Below, in pieces: positions 62,964 to 64,000 of a stretch of 64,000 nt of DNA (within the stretch, counting starts at the first letter, position 1; each line of letters starts with the position of its first letter). The stretch comes from Promethearchaeota archaeon (lineage in GTDB: Archaea; Asgardarchaeota; Lokiarchaeia; Sigyniarchaeales; SOKP01). Position numbers and translations under genes: made by a program. The notes under the pieces are model-generated. The model ran no database searches and was not told where the DNA came from. It saw only the letters and a program-made list of their open reading frames with translations. The stretch is taken from the NCBI GenBank assembly GCA_016839765.1, contig JAEOTP010000043.1, positions 1 through 64,000 on the forward strand, in the 5' to 3' direction.

Positions 62964-64000
62964 ATGGCAAGACCAAGCCCATTAGAAGTTTATGCCCTTC
63001 TTGATAAATCAAACTGTAAGGATTGCGGATACGATACTTGTATGGCATTTGCTACAGATTTACTCGAAAGAAAGATTAGGGTAAAAGATTGTACTCATTT
63101 AATTCAAGATCCTAAACAAGCAAAAAATCTTAATAAATTGATAAAAGTAGTAACTCCTCCTCAAAAACCCGTAATAATTGGTACAGGAGAGAGACAATGT
63201 GAGATTGGAGGTGAAGAAGTGTTAATGCGTCATCAACTCACATATTATAATCCCACTGCCCTATTTTTAGAAATAGCTGATGAGGATCCTAATATAGAAG
63301 ACACAGCAAAATATTTAACAGATTTAAAGATTGAAAGAATTGGTGATGTTTTAACTCTTGATGGTATTGCATTAAGATGTGTATCCGGGGATTCAGAACA
63401 ATTTAAACTAGCTGCTAAAAAATTAACAGAAGCTTCAAACCTTCCAATTATGTTATGTTGCTTAGATCCGGATTTATTATTAGCAGCAGCTGGAGAAATT
63501 AAAGAAAAAAAACCTTTGTTATATGCTATTACAAAAGATTCTTGGGAAAAAATAGGAACTTTTGCAGTTCAAAATGGTTTGCCTGTAGTAGCAGTCTCAA
63601 ATAATTTGGATGAATTAATATCTATCAGCGCTACATTGAAAAAATTAGGGGTTAAGGAAATAGTTTTAGATCCTGGTACTTTTTACGGCCCAGGTAAATT
63701 AGCTTACACCTATGATAAAATAATGCAAATTAGAAAAGCAGCGATAGATAATGAAGATGTTAATGCGGGATGGCCAGTAATGGGAGTACCTGCTGCATAT
63801 TGGAGTCAAGTTAAAGTAGAAAGCGATAAAGACCTTTGGTTACATCAATATCAAGAAGTAATTATGGGTGCAATCATGGAATCAATCGATACATCTTTAA
63901 TCGTACTACATACAGGCCAGAAAAAAGAGGAAATCTGGGCTTTATTAGCTCTGATGACTTTAAGACAATCTGTTTTCAGCGATCCTCGTGTGTATCCTGC
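62964..64000 (+). CDS. cdhE: Acetyl-CoA decarbonylase/synthase gamma subunit (corrinoid Fe-S protein large subunit), 3' partial
   Basis: Translated by hand: MARPSPLEVYALLDKSNCKDCGYDTCMAFA...IGGEEVLMRHQLTYYNP..; open to the window end. Confidence 0.92.
   Translation, partial: MARPSPLEVYALLDKSNCKDCGYDTCMAFATDLLERKIRVKDCTHLIQDPKQAKNLNKLIKVVTPPQKPVIIGTGERQCEIGGEEVLMRHQLTYYNPTALFLEIADEDPNIEDTAKYLTDLKIERIGDVLTLDGIALRCVSGDSEQFKLAAKKLTEASNLPIMLCCLDPDLLLAAAGEIKEKKPLLYAITKDSWEKIGTFAVQNGLPVVAVSNNLDELISISATLKKLGVKEIVLDPGTFYGPGKLAYTYDKIMQIRKAAIDNEDVNAGWPVMGVPAAYWSQVKVESDKDLWLHQYQEVIMGAIMESIDTSLIVLHTGQKKEEIWALLALMTLRQSVFSDPRVYP

Noticed and set aside
1-64000. CRISPR arrays, transposases/integrases, rRNA and selenoprotein UGA read-through
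   Set aside because: No repeat-spacer array, mobile-element ORF, rRNA-like segment or in-frame TGA at a catalytic Cys position was seen by eye.

Overview
AT-rich archaeal chromosomal window, most consistent with an Asgard archaeon of the Lokiarchaeia type. This placement is inferred from the roadblock/longin proteins, four SCP2 proteins, eS26, the Wood-Ljungdahl subunit CdhE and archaeal informational genes. It contains the conserved translation gene cluster (nep1, rpp21, yhbY, eS19, PDCD5, eL39, eL31, eIF6, eL20, prefoldin alpha, ftsY, secE), dnaG, a Get3/ArsA ATPase, ahcY, arcS-raSEA, gar1-tfb, a CobN/ChlD chelatase pair, an ABC exporter, trmY, pgsA and four tRNAs (Asp, Arg, Phe, Gly). Main finding: dnaG is split inside its conserved GAIFGQ|TEGLL motif by a 37-nt insert that folds as a tRNA-type bulge-helix-bulge (BHB) intron. 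Cutting it by the standard splicing-endonuclease rule restores the frame and motif exactly, and three non-canonical tRNA introns in the same window have the same relaxed geometry. Other notable items: a tandem Lrp/AsnC regulator with one TBP repeat inserted, apparent ATT/ATA starts (eS26, TFB, MutY), a duplicated minus-strand stem-loop whose loop is antisense to a ribosome-binding site plus start codon, and a small gene interrupted at an A_AAA_AAG slippery site. All calls were made by eye; no database searches were run.
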